A stretch of 64,000 nucleotides of DNA from assembly GCA_963664395.2 (NCBI GenBank), contig OY761159.2:1504001-1568000 (forward strand), in the 5' to 3' direction. The position numbers and the translations under genes were made by a program. Below, one piece after another: positions 1-9,012 of this stretch (the first letter of the stretch is position 1; each line of letters starts with the position of its first letter). Source of the DNA: Candidatus Binatia bacterium (GTDB lineage: Bacteria > Desulfobacterota > Binatia > Bin18). The notes under the pieces are model-generated. The model ran no database searches and was not told where the DNA came from. It worked only from the letters and a program-made list of their open reading frames with translations.

Positions 1-840
1 GCCTTTCTACTCCTCTTCGCAATACTTTTTGCCTGCTGGAATTTTGCTTGCGCCAATTTTGTTGGAGAAGCCTGGGTTTTCCCACCGCTCTTGGCATATT
101 GCCGAGTCTGCTCCAGGGCCTTCTGGGCCTTACGTTTCATATCCGCAGACAAGCCGGGCTGTTTGAGCAGCAGTTCAAAATCCCGCGTGGCCCAGTCAAA
201 CTTCTCGAGTTCGCGCTCACTCAGCGCGCGGCCAAACAGACTCTCGTTCTTGAGCCGCGAGGCCTGATCGCCAACCGCGAATTCACCAAAGCCGTTCATG
301 GCCTCAGTCAGCAGGGTGTTCTTTTTCTTGTCATCGAACGTGAACGAGCCGATATATTTCAGCCAGTTCAAGAAATATAAGGCCCGCGCCGCCACACCTT
401 GTTCAGCGCGGTATTCCTGTGAGTCCTGCACGGCCTCCAGGTCGCCATCCCGCGCAATGACATCCTGCGTCAGTTGGTCAACGCGTTTGAAACTGCCGGT
501 GTAGATATCGTTGAGCGGACTGTGGAGCGTCTCGTAGATAGCGCGGATGGCTTTTCTACCAGCCGGTGTTGTGACCGATTGGGCCAAATTGGGGAGAGCA
601 ACAAACTCCAAGGCAACCGGGCCGAGGACTTGAATGGCCTGCAGCTTGGCCGGTACATCCCAGCTCCCCTTTTTGAGCGCATCGGCCTTGCTCCGGGCCT
701 GCTTCGCCCGGGCGGAGAGGTCAGCGATAGAAGCCGCCTCGACCTCAGGTCTCAGCCAACCCAAGTTCACACTCAGAGAGATAATACCAATAATGGAAAC
801 CAGACGCCGCACGCTTGTACTCCTTTTTAGCTTCGGCCAT
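1..840 (-). CDS. Secreted helical/TPR-like protein, truncated at the window edge
   Basis: Not in the ORF track because it has no stop in the window. Manual translation from ATG 840 gives MAEAKRSTSVRRLVSIIGIISLSVNLGWLRPEVEAAS..., a signal-peptide-like start followed by helical segments (ESLFGRALSERELEKFDWATRDFELLL). Lies directly downstream of the VWA gene. Confidence 0.65.
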
Positions 841-861
841 TCCGGCTAGGCTAGTGCGCTT

Positions 862-2109
862 CTACTCCAAGTCCCGCAAATACTTCGCCATCTCCACTTC
901 CCAGCGCGAACCAAAAGTCATGATGATAATGTTCTTGGTCAGCGCCTTTTCCTCAGTCAGCGGAATAAAGTCACCGCCGCCGGCCCGTGCCACAGACGCC
1001 ATGGTATGCCGGAAGTCACGGTAGAAACTCGGCAGAGGCGTTGGCTTGAAGGCCACGTTCATAATTTTACCGGTCTGCTCCCAGAGCGCGTACTCAAAGT
1101 CCTCATGCATCTTATCAGCCAAGTCCATCACACTGACCACACCACCGCGCGATTGGAAACCTTGCACCAGGCCCAGCACGCTGCTCATGCTCTCCGGATG
1201 GGGCGGAGAGCCAGCGACCAGGATCACCACCCGACGTGAGCGTTTCCGCCAGCTCAGGTCGTTCATGGCAGCATCCATGCCTTCATACACCGCCTCCGGC
1301 CAATCGCCGCCGCCGTCGGAATGCAGATTGGACAAAAAGCCTTTGAGCTTTTGCGTAGAAAAGCTTAAATCGACCCATTTGGTGACATACTCTTCGCCCC
1401 TGTCACGATAGGCCACCACACCGATCCGTGAGGTTGGGACGAGCTTGCGCAGCAGCGTCACCAGCTTCGTCAAGCGGTCACGAACCGAATTGATGACAAA
1501 CTGCATGCTGTCTGTTGCATCGATCACCAGGGCGACATCCAGACCAACCTTACGCAGCCCCCGGCCATAGTCGCCAAAGCCACCCCCACCACCAAAATCT
1601 CCAGCTCCAACCAAACCGCTGAGTTGGGCGTCGATACCGGAAAAACTACTGTCAGCGCGCTGAACTTCAATCGTCACCGGTCCGACACCATCGAAGACGG
1701 GAATGTTCGCCCGTTGGATAGGAGCCTGGAGTGGTCCGGTTGACGCCGGACCCGTTGGGCGGGCTTTATTCGGCGCGAGGTCCTCCATGGTCAGGATGCC
1801 CGGAATATCCTCCAATGAGGGCTCACCTTCCCAATCGTCCGGCATCTCTTCCTCAGCCAGGGCATCCAGTTCTTCTTGCGTGAGCGGCAAGGCCGTGACC
1901 CGAACCATTTCCGGCTCTTTCATAATGGTCACAGCCGTGGTTGCAAAGATGGACAAAATGAGAATATGGGCTACAGTCGAGAAGGCAAACCACCGGGCGT
2001 TTCTGCCAAATCCGCCGCCTCGATACAGCCACAAATCCTCTTGGATTTTACGCTCGACTGAAGTGGCCTCAGATGTTTCGGATGTTTTTTTGTCTTCGGG
2101 TGAAGCCAT
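862..2109 (-). CDS. Membrane-anchored von Willebrand factor A domain protein
   Basis: One TM segment, acidic/Pro-rich linker, MIDAS-like DATDSMQ and GGGDWPEA motifs; GGAGGG RBS before ATG 2109. Confidence 0.85.
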   Translation of the reverse strand: MASPEDKKTSETSEATSVERKIQEDLWLYRGGGFGRNARWFAFSTVAHILILSIFATTAVTIMKEPEMVRVTALPLTQEELDALAEEEMPDDWEGEPSLEDIPGILTMEDLAPNKARPTGPASTGPLQAPIQRANIPVFDGVGPVTIEVQRADSSFSGIDAQLSGLVGAGDFGGGGGFGDYGRGLRKVGLDVALVIDATDSMQFVINSVRDRLTKLVTLLRKLVPTSRIGVVAYRDRGEEYVTKWVDLSFSTQKLKGFLSNLHSDGGGDWPEAVYEGMDAAMNDLSWRKRSRRVVILVAGSPPHPESMSSVLGLVQGFQSRGGVVSVMDLADKMHEDFEYALWEQTGKIMNVAFKPTPLPSFYRDFRHTMASVARAGGGDFIPLTEEKALTKNIIIMTFGSRWEVEMAKYLRDLE

Positions 2110-2152
2110 GGCCTCCCCTCCTTTAGCGATTACGACGGACCGCTTAACCAGC

Positions 2153-2572
2153 CTAACCGGCCTGTCTGGCAGCAATCGCGACCTGAGTTGCTCCAGCTCG
2201 TTGGGCGATGGAGAGAATTTTTACCGCCTCTCCTAAAATGACATCCTTATCACCTTCGAGCACAACCGGCACGTCCGGCTTGGCGGTGACTTGCTGCCGA
2301 ATGGCCACCTCAAGATCGGCCATAGTCACCGGTCTGGCGTTGACAAATATTTCCTTTTGGGGGGTCACCGTAATCACAATCTGACGTGGCTCCGAGTCGG
2401 TTTCTTGCACCTCGGGCAGGTTAATTTCCGCTCCGGATTGGACCATCGCCACACTGGTCACCATAAAGATGATGAGGAGCACTAAAAAGATATCGGTCAA
2501 GGGAGTGATATTGATCTCGGCCATAATATTAGACCCACTCCCACTCTTCTTTCGTGGACTAGCCATTCCCAT
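2153..2572 (-). CDS. exbD: ExbD/TolR family biopolymer transporter
   Basis: AEINITPLTDIFLVLLIIFMVT signature. Confidence 0.92.
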   Translation of the reverse strand: MGMASPRKKSGSGSNIMAEINITPLTDIFLVLLIIFMVTSVAMVQSGAEINLPEVQETDSEPRQIVITVTPQKEIFVNARPVTMADLEVAIRQQVTAKPDVPVVLEGDKDVILGEAVKILSIAQRAGATQVAIAARQAG

Positions 2573-3203
2573 GAGCTTTCCTCCCCAGGCGGACGGCTTC
2601 GAGGACGCGGTCCGAGCTGATCGTCAGTGCCGCCTCGATCCGCTCAAGTTTGGTATGAAAGTAGTTGTAAAAAATTACAGCAATAATCGCAACCGCAAGA
2701 CCAAGAGCCGTCGCAACCAGCGCCTCGGAAATACCACCGGCAACGACGGCAAAACCACCGCTGCCCTCAACTGCCATGCTGGTGAAGGATTTGATAATCC
2801 CGATGACGGTACCGAGGAGCCCGATGAAAGGGGCACTCACACCCACTGTTCCCAGCACCCATATGCTGCCTTTGAGCGCCTCGATTTCCTCGAAGCGTCG
2901 GTCCTCAATGATTTCAGACAAGTATTCGAGCGATTCTCCCTCTTGTTGAGAAATGACATCGCGAAATATTCTGCCGGCCGGTTTATTCGTATGCTCCTCA
3001 GCCGAGGCAAAAGCCGCTCGAAAATCGCCCTTCTGTAATGCTCCAACCAGACCGCCGGCAACCTGTAGAGTACCCCCGATCAGCCCACGGAGGGCAACCA
3101 GCCGTTCAAAGATAATCGTGATGACAACCATAGACATCACGACCAGGGGATAGGTGATATACCACCCCTGCTGGATCATATCGAGAACACTTAAACCTTC
3201 CAT
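2559..3203 (-). CDS. exbB: MotA/TolQ/ExbB proton channel protein
   Basis: APFIGLLGTVIGII and GISEALVATALGL motifs. Confidence 0.92.
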   Translation of the reverse strand: MEGLSVLDMIQQGWYITYPLVVMSMVVITIIFERLVALRGLIGGTLQVAGGLVGALQKGDFRAAFASAEEHTNKPAGRIFRDVISQQEGESLEYLSEIIEDRRFEEIEALKGSIWVLGTVGVSAPFIGLLGTVIGIIKSFTSMAVEGSGGFAVVAGGISEALVATALGLAVAIIAVIFYNYFHTKLERIEAALTISSDRVLEAVRLGRKAHGNG

Positions 3204-3847
3204 TCTGAACCCTCCTCTTGTGTGGGATGTCTCTGCATTTTTTCCCGTGTCTCTTCCCCTTCCGAAGAAGAGACGCCAAGTGGCCCATCGGCCTTCAGTC
3301 CCCGACCGTTCTGTCCGTTGATCTTGACCAGGAACTCCTCAAGCCAATTGATCTCTGCCTTAAAATGGGCCAATCCATGCGCAATAATCTGGGTTTGTGG
3401 GAGCGTCGCATTTTGCCCATTCCAGTAGGCCTGCTGCTCGGTGACCCAAGCCAGGCGCTTGCGGGCCCACTCGAGATGGCTCTGGAGTGCAGCCCGCAGT
3501 TCGGAGTCGTCAAGAAAGTGACCAAAGGCGAGCGCGGTATTCAAGGGATCAAATACTTTGTCCCGCTCTTCGGTGTCGAACAGCAATTGCCGTAACTGGG
3601 CCCGTAAATGGTCGTGGCCACCTGCTGTGATTTGGTAGACCTGCCGGGCCGGATAGCGCCCCTTTTGTTCTACTTTGGTCTTTTCTACATAGCCGGCCCG
3701 TTCAAGTTGTCCAAGGTTGTAGTAGAGCGAGCCACCACTCAGGTTGATGTACGAGGCGTACAGCCGGCGCTCGACTTCTTGCCGAATTTCATAGCCATGA
3801 AACGGCTTCTCAGATAACAACCCTAAAATGACGAGCTGGACACTCAT
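3191..3847 (-). CDS. PadR family transcriptional regulator
   Basis: LVILGLLSEKPFHGYEI...GSLYYNLGQLE...YQITAGG winged helix; overlaps the exbB start. Confidence 0.9.
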   Translation of the reverse strand: MSVQLVILGLLSEKPFHGYEIRQEVERRLYASYINLSGGSLYYNLGQLERAGYVEKTKVEQKGRYPARQVYQITAGGHDHLRAQLRQLLFDTEERDKVFDPLNTALAFGHFLDDSELRAALQSHLEWARKRLAWVTEQQAYWNGQNATLPQTQIIAHGLAHFKAEINWLEEFLVKINGQNGRGLKADGPLGVSSSEGEETREKMQRHPTQEEGSEWKV

Positions 3848-3945
3848 GTTTACTTTCCGTAGATTAGTTTAATTAGACCAAATAAGATAGATTAGCATTC
3901 GGATCAAGGGCCTCCTCATCTTTTTCTTGGCCGCACTGTTCAGGG

Positions 3946-4638
3946 TCACTTAGCGTCAATAACGCCACGGCTCCTCAACAGATTGAGAATAATATCCAAG
4001 CTATGCTCTCGCAGGTTAATTTTGAGCTGATCGTATAGTGTAAAATTGGCCAAGCGAAGAAAGGGACGATTATGAACAAAGTCAATAATATTAATACAGC
4101 CGAAGTCCTGCTCGATATTAAAAACTCTTCCCCTCGTTATCCCTGTCGCATGGGCCAAAAAAGCGTTATTGACGCCCCCATGCGCAACGAGGAGAATGGT
4201 TTGCCAGTCGTCATTGTCTAAGAGGGTCTGTAGGAGTCGTCCAGCACGGGCATAGACCTGACGGAAACTCTCCCCGCCCAGGTACAATTCGTCCCAGTCA
4301 GAATCCGAATTCTTAAAAAACTCTTGAATCTCCTTGAATATGTCCGTCAGGCTCTTTTGCGCTAATACCGCATCACTCGGGATGATCTCGCGCAGCTCTG
4401 GCGCGACCTGAATGTCCAGCTCTTTTTCCTTGGCAATAATCTGGGCGGTTTCATACGCCCGCTCAAGCGGACTGGCGTAAATCGCATCAAGCGGCACCCC
4501 CCGAAAGAGCAGCGCGACCGCGGCGACCTGCTCTTGCCCGCGTTCGGTCAGTGCCCCATTCCCCAGCGCTCCTTCGTTGGCCACACGTTGATACAGGGTT
4601 TCCCCATGACGCATAAGGTAGATGCGACGCCCGTCCAT
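3946..4638 (-). CDS. Histidine phosphatase (phosphoglycerate mutase family)
   Basis: RHGET, SPLERAYETA, GES and AHGG motifs. Confidence 0.9.
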   Translation of the reverse strand: MDGRRIYLMRHGETLYQRVANEGALGNGALTERGQEQVAAVALLFRGVPLDAIYASPLERAYETAQIIAKEKELDIQVAPELREIIPSDAVLAQKSLTDIFKEIQEFFKNSDSDWDELYLGGESFRQVYARAGRLLQTLLDNDDWQTILLVAHGGVNNAFLAHATGITRGRVFNIEQDFGCINIIDFVHNRPFLRLANFTLYDQLKINLREHSLDIILNLLRSRGVIDAK

Positions 4639-4653
4639 ACGTACTCTTTCTGT

Positions 4654-5469
4654 TTATTTCTTTGCAAATGGCTTGTCACGGTCGCGCAGGGCTTCTTTGA
4701 GCCCGCGTTCCATCATTTTCTTGACTTCGTTCTTCACTGTTTTGGTTTGATGGGCAATCACATCAAATTCTGTTGCCGACTGTTCAGCTGCATACAGGCC
4801 CATGACTTCAAAAAAGCGATTGGTCGCCGCCTTATGGAGCGTCAACAGGTCAACCGGAACAGCGGCGACGCGGCGGGCGTAACGCAGCACCTCATCCTCA
4901 AGCTGCTGTTTTGGGTAGACGTGGTTAATCAGACCATTTTCCAGCGCCTCAGCCGCGGTCATGGAATCTCCAGTGAACAGAAACTCCTTTGTCTTGCGCA
5001 TCCCCATCAGATAGGGCCACATCGCCAGCGAAGGGAGCACCCCAAGCGAACGTCCGGCAGGATGGCCGAATTGGGCATCGTCGGCCGCAAAGACCAGGTC
5101 ACAATGGCCGACAAACTCTGTCGCTCCGGCCAGACAATAGCCATGGACCTGGGCAATGGTCGGTTTGGGCAGGTTCCAGAGGCGCTGCCAGCGGGCGACG
5201 AGCTTGCGCAATCCCCAGCGGTCACTAGTGACGCTAAAGCCTCCACCCGGCCCTGAAACCGGCTGGAGATCATACCCCGCGCAGAAGGCCCGCCCGGCCC
5301 CACGAATAATCAGGACACTGGCATCATTGTCCGTTTCAAACTCGTCCAGGGCCGCATCCAATTCGGACAAGAGTTGGCGACTCATAGCGTTCAGCTTCTC
5401 TGGACGATTCAGCGTCACACGGAAAATCCGGTCTTCAACATTCTCGTATACAATGGCGTCATATCCCAT
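4654..5469 (-). CDS. Enoyl-CoA hydratase/isomerase family protein
   Basis: LNRPEKLNAM, GRAFCAGYDL, GYCLAGATE; start at MGYDA with GGAGG RBS. Confidence 0.9.
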   Translation of the reverse strand: MGYDAIVYENVEDRIFRVTLNRPEKLNAMSRQLLSELDAALDEFETDNDASVLIIRGAGRAFCAGYDLQPVSGPGGGFSVTSDRWGLRKLVARWQRLWNLPKPTIAQVHGYCLAGATEFVGHCDLVFAADDAQFGHPAGRSLGVLPSLAMWPYLMGMRKTKEFLFTGDSMTAAEALENGLINHVYPKQQLEDEVLRYARRVAAVPVDLLTLHKAATNRFFEVMGLYAAEQSATEFDVIAHQTKTVKNEVKKMMERGLKEALRDRDKPFAKK

Positions 5470-5573
5470 GCTGCACCCTCCTTTCCCTGCTGGCAGGGGT
5501 ATAAACGTTTGGCTTACCATAGGCGCCCACAAGTGCATAGGGACAAAATGCAACCCAGCAGTCCAGTATGAAA

Positions 5574-5611
5574 TTCCAGGAATAATCCAGGAATAATCCA
5601 GGAATAATCCA
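5574..5611. repeat. 12-bp tandem repeat (TCCAGGAATAA-type unit, about 3 copies) in a divergent intergenic region
   Basis: Sequence reads tccaggaataatccaggaataatccaggaataatcca. Confidence 0.8.
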
Positions 5612-5705
5612 AGGATCATGCTTGTTCCGTATTCTTCTTCTGCGTACAGTTGCAGGGAAAGTGCGACAGAAAGTGCGATCTTTTGTTCCGAAGAAGGAGG
5701 GTCCA

Positions 5706-6785
5706 ATGTCGATGGATGTCACCGCGCTCCTCACCCTTGCCGTCCAATCAGGCGCTTCGGATGTCCACCTCAGCAGTGGAGCACCACCCATGATTCGGCT
5801 CGACGGTGCCATGAAGCGGCTTGATCATTCCCCGCTGTCCCAGGCTGAAGTCCATGCCCTCGTGTACGACATCATGGATGCTGGCCAGCAGAAAGTTTTT
5901 GAGGAAAGCCTCGAACTCGATTTCTCCTTTGACATGGGTGAGGTAGGGCGCTTTCGGGTGAATGTCTTTATGCAGCAACGCGGTGAAGGGGCGGTGTTGC
6001 GGACCATTCCCACCGAAATTGCATCGTTCCAAAAACTCGGGCTGCCGCAGCTTCTCAGCCACCTGTGTACGCGGGGAAAAGGGCTCATCCTGGTGACCGG
6101 TCCAACCGGCTGTGGAAAATCGACCACCCTCGCCGCTATGGTCGACCATCTCAACGAGACTTCCGAAGGCCACATCATCACGATTGAAGACCCGATTGAA
6201 TTCACTCACCAGTCCAAGAAATGCCTCGTCAATCAGCGTGAACTCGGGGTCCATACCCACTCGTTTGCCAATGCGTTGCGGGCGGTCTTACGCGAGGATC
6301 CCGACATTATTCTTGTTGGTGAAATGCGCGACCTGGAAACCATCCAGCTCGCTCTCACGGCGGCAGAAACCGGCCATCTCGTTCTTGGCAGCTTACACTC
6401 GCCCGGCGCAGCGCAAACCGTTGACCGGGTCATTGACGTATTTCCGGCCGCCCAACAAGCCCAGGTCCGGGCCCAGTTCGCCGATTCGATTGAAGCCATC
6501 ATCACTCAGACCTTATGTAAAAAGAAAGGCGGCGGGCGAGCCGCGGCTTTGGAAATCCTTGTAGGCACCCCAGCAGTCCGCAATCTGATCCGCGAGGGCA
6601 AGGTCCACCAAATCCCCTCAGCCATACAGGTTGGCCAAAAGGATGGGATGCAGACCATGGACATGGCGCTTATTGAACTTGCCACGCGCGGTCTCATTAC
6701 TCAGGAAGAAGCGCAGGCCAAGAGCATGACCCCGAACCTCTTTGGTCAGGCCGGCATGGCCGGCCGGGTCGCCCTGCGTCGATAA
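5706..6785 (+). CDS. pilT: Type IV pilus retraction ATPase PilT
   Basis: ASDVHL, GPTGCGKST Walker A, EDPIE, LREDPD, AAETGH and the AVRNLIRE motif. Confidence 0.95.
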   Translation: MSMDVTALLTLAVQSGASDVHLSSGAPPMIRLDGAMKRLDHSPLSQAEVHALVYDIMDAGQQKVFEESLELDFSFDMGEVGRFRVNVFMQQRGEGAVLRTIPTEIASFQKLGLPQLLSHLCTRGKGLILVTGPTGCGKSTTLAAMVDHLNETSEGHIITIEDPIEFTHQSKKCLVNQRELGVHTHSFANALRAVLREDPDIILVGEMRDLETIQLALTAAETGHLVLGSLHSPGAAQTVDRVIDVFPAAQQAQVRAQFADSIEAIITQTLCKKKGGGRAAALEILVGTPAVRNLIREGKVHQIPSAIQVGQKDGMQTMDMALIELATRGLITQEEAQAKSMTPNLFGQAGMAGRVALRR

Positions 6786-6798
6786 ACGAGCCGGCTGG

Positions 6799-7011
6799 CT
6801 ATGCAGCGACCTCCACATAGGCTGATTTCGTGGATGGTCGAGGTACAGGCAGACCTTCCTGCTTGAGGCCATCGACGTGAAACTCAATCGCCTCCTTCAT
6901 GTTGGCCTCGGTCTCTTTCTCGGTCCGACCCGTGGACACGCAACCCGGCACATCCGGGGAGTACGCCGAGAAGCCGGTTTCGGTTTTCTCTACGACAATC
7001 AGATATTTCAT
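6799..7011 (-). CDS. hicB: HicB family antitoxin
   Basis: MKYLIVVEKTETGFSAYSPDVPGCVSTGRT...EAIEFH is typical of short HicB proteins. Confidence 0.9.
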   Translation of the reverse strand: MKYLIVVEKTETGFSAYSPDVPGCVSTGRTEKETEANMKEAIEFHVDGLKQEGLPVPRPSTKSAYVEVAA

Positions 7012-7055
7012 TTCTTCAGCTCCGCCTGTCTAAGAACGCTGTTGAGGGTGCCCAT
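7008..7055 (-). pseudogene. hicA: C-terminal remnant of a HicA toxin
   Basis: Translates MGTLNSVLRQAELKK*, matching the HicA C-terminal GTLxSILxQAGL pattern, with an ATGA overlap onto hicB; the N-terminal GSH motif region is absent. Confidence 0.7.
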
Positions 7056-7103
7056 CGTGAACGAGCTTCGTCCGTTCTCTCTTACTCGTTCCTTGTCTCC
7101 GCG

Positions 7104-7153
7104 AGCTAACGATCAAGCTCAGCCGCCGCGGCGGCTGAAGCGCATTGTTGGGC
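7104..7153 (-). mobile_element. Integron attC-like recombination site (orphan)
   Basis: Minus strand reads GCCCAAC-AATGC-GCTTCAGC-CGCCGCGGCG-GCTGAGC-TTGATC-GTTAGCT: R''/L''/L'/R' boxes with an extra-helical base in L''. Confidence 0.7.
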
Positions 7154-7269
7154 GATACGGCACTTGTCGTAAACAAACTCAGGATCAAGGTCGGCACCAC
7201 ACTCCCATGCAATTGCGTCAAAAGAGACATGGACAGTTTTGAAGATGCTTGGGTCCTGTTTCAGGCCAG

Positions 7270-7962
7270 TCAGCCCTTGGACGCTTGCAGCACTGCCTGA
7301 GCGAGGGCCAGGTCGTCTGGTGTCGTGATCTTAAAATTGAGCGCGTCGCCGGGAACGATGCGGACGGGCCGGCCCATTTGCTCAACCAGGGTCGCATCGT
7401 CCGTTCCAACAATGCCGTGTTGCTTTGCCCACTGGTGGGCTGCTCGGATCACTCCGACCTGGAATGTCTGTGGTGTTTGCGCCAGCCACAAATCATGCCG
7501 GGAGACTGTCTCACGGATCGTGTGCTGCGCGTCGGCGCGCTTAATGGTGTCGCGGACCGGGGTCGCCACAACTGCGCTGCCCGTTTCGGCAGCCGCGTCA
7601 ATACTGCGTTGAATTGCCTCAACGCTGATGAACGGCCGGGCCGCGTCATGAATCACCACGATCTCACACTGCGTCTCAAGCGTAGCCAAACCGTTCCGGA
7701 CCGAATCCTGCCGTTCCGCCCCCCCGTGGATAACGGTAATCGGCTGTGGCCAGGGGCCGTGCGTGTGGAGCAGCTCTCGGCAGAGGGCCTCGCGCTCGGC
7801 AGCAACCACCACAACTATGCGCCGGACCATCTCAATGGGGGTAAAACGCCGTAAGGTATGCACGAGAATCGGTCTACCCGCAACCGAGAGAAAGGGTTTG
7901 GGCAGCTCGCTTTGCAGCCGCGTGCCTTTTCCCGCGGCAACAATGACGACATTGACGTGCAT
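7270..7962 (-). CDS. ispD: 2-C-methyl-D-erythritol 4-phosphate cytidylyltransferase
   Basis: AAGKGTRL, GGAERQDSV, IHDAARP, AQTPQ, TDD and NFKITTPDDL motifs. Confidence 0.95.
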   Translation of the reverse strand: MHVNVVIVAAGKGTRLQSELPKPFLSVAGRPILVHTLRRFTPIEMVRRIVVVVAAEREALCRELLHTHGPWPQPITVIHGGAERQDSVRNGLATLETQCEIVVIHDAARPFISVEAIQRSIDAAAETGSAVVATPVRDTIKRADAQHTIRETVSRHDLWLAQTPQTFQVGVIRAAHQWAKQHGIVGTDDATLVEQMGRPVRIVPGDALNFKITTPDDLALAQAVLQASKG

Positions 7963-7980
7963 ATCAAGCCCGCTCCCGGC

Positions 7981-8442
7981 CTACTGGACGGCTTCAGTGA
8001 GGTTCGCAACAACAACGACCTTCCCATGCCCAACTGAGGACCCGACAAATCCGGCAACACGGGCGAAGGTGTATTTTGAGCGGAATAAGTCGTGGACTCT
8101 TTCGATTTCATTCGTGTCTGTCACAAACTGCGCGCTTCCGGTGAGGACAAGTTGGCCGATTCTCAGCTGCATCTGTGGGTTTTTTTGCAGGTTCCGATAC
8201 CAGTGAGTTTTGCCGTCTTTTCCGGATTGGATATACAAAGTTCCCTGGTCGTAGACAAACCAAATCGGTGTCGTACGCGGCTTGCCACTCTTGCGTCCTA
8301 TGCTCGTGATTTCGAGCGTCGACTCAGTGGCGACACGAGCGAGCTCGTCCTGAACCCTGCTCTCCTGAGCGGTTCCCGGTAGTACGCTCCCAAAAAGGAG
8401 CGCCAGCCCGACCCATTGCAGTTTCCATGCTGTGTGTGTCAT
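7981..8442 (-). CDS. Deazaflavin (F420)-dependent nitroreductase-like split-barrel protein with predicted signal peptide
   Basis: LEITSIGRKSGKPRTTPIWF and HWYRNLQKNP motifs; hydrophobic N-terminus ending PGTA-Q. Confidence 0.75.
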   Translation of the reverse strand: MTHTAWKLQWVGLALLFGSVLPGTAQESRVQDELARVATESTLEITSIGRKSGKPRTTPIWFVYDQGTLYIQSGKDGKTHWYRNLQKNPQMQLRIGQLVLTGSAQFVTDTNEIERVHDLFRSKYTFARVAGFVGSSVGHGKVVVVANLTEAVQ

Positions 8443-8551
8443 ACCTTCCCCCCTCTCTGTAAAGAAATACTCTCTCTGGTTTCTCGGCTAAGGGATATAT
8501 GGTAGCGTGGGCAGCGTATTTTTATTCTGGAATTATGAGGAGGAAAGAGCG

Positions 8552-8890
8552 ATGTCCACCCAGTACCATTTCCGTATTGCGAACGAAAGCATTGAGGTGC
8601 AAACGGGCCCACACGCTTCCCCGAACATTACTATGACCATGAAGGAGAGTGACTACCTTGCTATGGTCAACGGCAAGCTCAATGGGCAGATGGCATTCAT
8701 GAGCGGCAAGCTGAAAATTGCCGGGGATATGGGACTCGCTCTGAAGCTCCAAAATCTTTTTAAGCCGGCTGATGCCGGCAGCCCTCCAGCCGAAACCATT
8801 CAGCAAGTCATAGACGGCATGCCAGAGGCGTTCAATGCTGATGCTGCGAAGGGCATGGTCGCGGTCTTCCAGTTTGATCTGACTGACTGA
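8552..8890 (+). CDS. SCP2 sterol-binding domain protein, apparently circularly permuted
   Basis: GKLNGQMAFMSGKLKIAGDMGLALKL is the SCP2 C-terminal signature; GAGGAGG RBS before ATG 8552. Confidence 0.8.
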   Translation: MSTQYHFRIANESIEVQTGPHASPNITMTMKESDYLAMVNGKLNGQMAFMSGKLKIAGDMGLALKLQNLFKPADAGSPPAETIQQVIDGMPEAFNADAAKGMVAVFQFDLTD

Positions 8891-8896
8891 ACACCT

Positions 8897-8932
8897 CAGA
8901 TTTCTCAGACAGATTTCTCAGACAGATTTCTC
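8897..8932. repeat. Short tandem repeat (CAGATTTCTCAGA, about 3 copies) after the SCP2 stop
   Basis: Direct reading of the sequence. Confidence 0.7.
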
Positions 8933-8943
8933 GTATATCATTC

Positions 8944-8991
8944 AGACACCGGGAGGCAGGAGGGACTATGCTCTCCTGCCTCCCGGTGTCT
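8944..8991. terminator. 19-bp perfect inverted repeat (hairpin / possible terminator)
   Basis: AGACACCGGGAGGCAGGAG...CTCCTGCCTCCCGGTGTCT between SCP2 and anmK; no U-tract. Confidence 0.55.
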
Positions 8992-9012
8992 CACCCCTCT
9001 TGTTGAGCCTCC

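Noticed and set aside
5470-5706. N-terminal extensions of the hydratase and PilT ORFs given in the ORF track
   Set aside because: Better RBS-supported starts at 5469 and 5706; the extensions overlap each other and a tandem repeat.
7030-7230. 66-aa ORF upstream of hicB as the HicA toxin
   Set aside because: Wrong frame for the HicA-like tail, and it reads through the attC-like site (SPNNALQP); not HicA-like.
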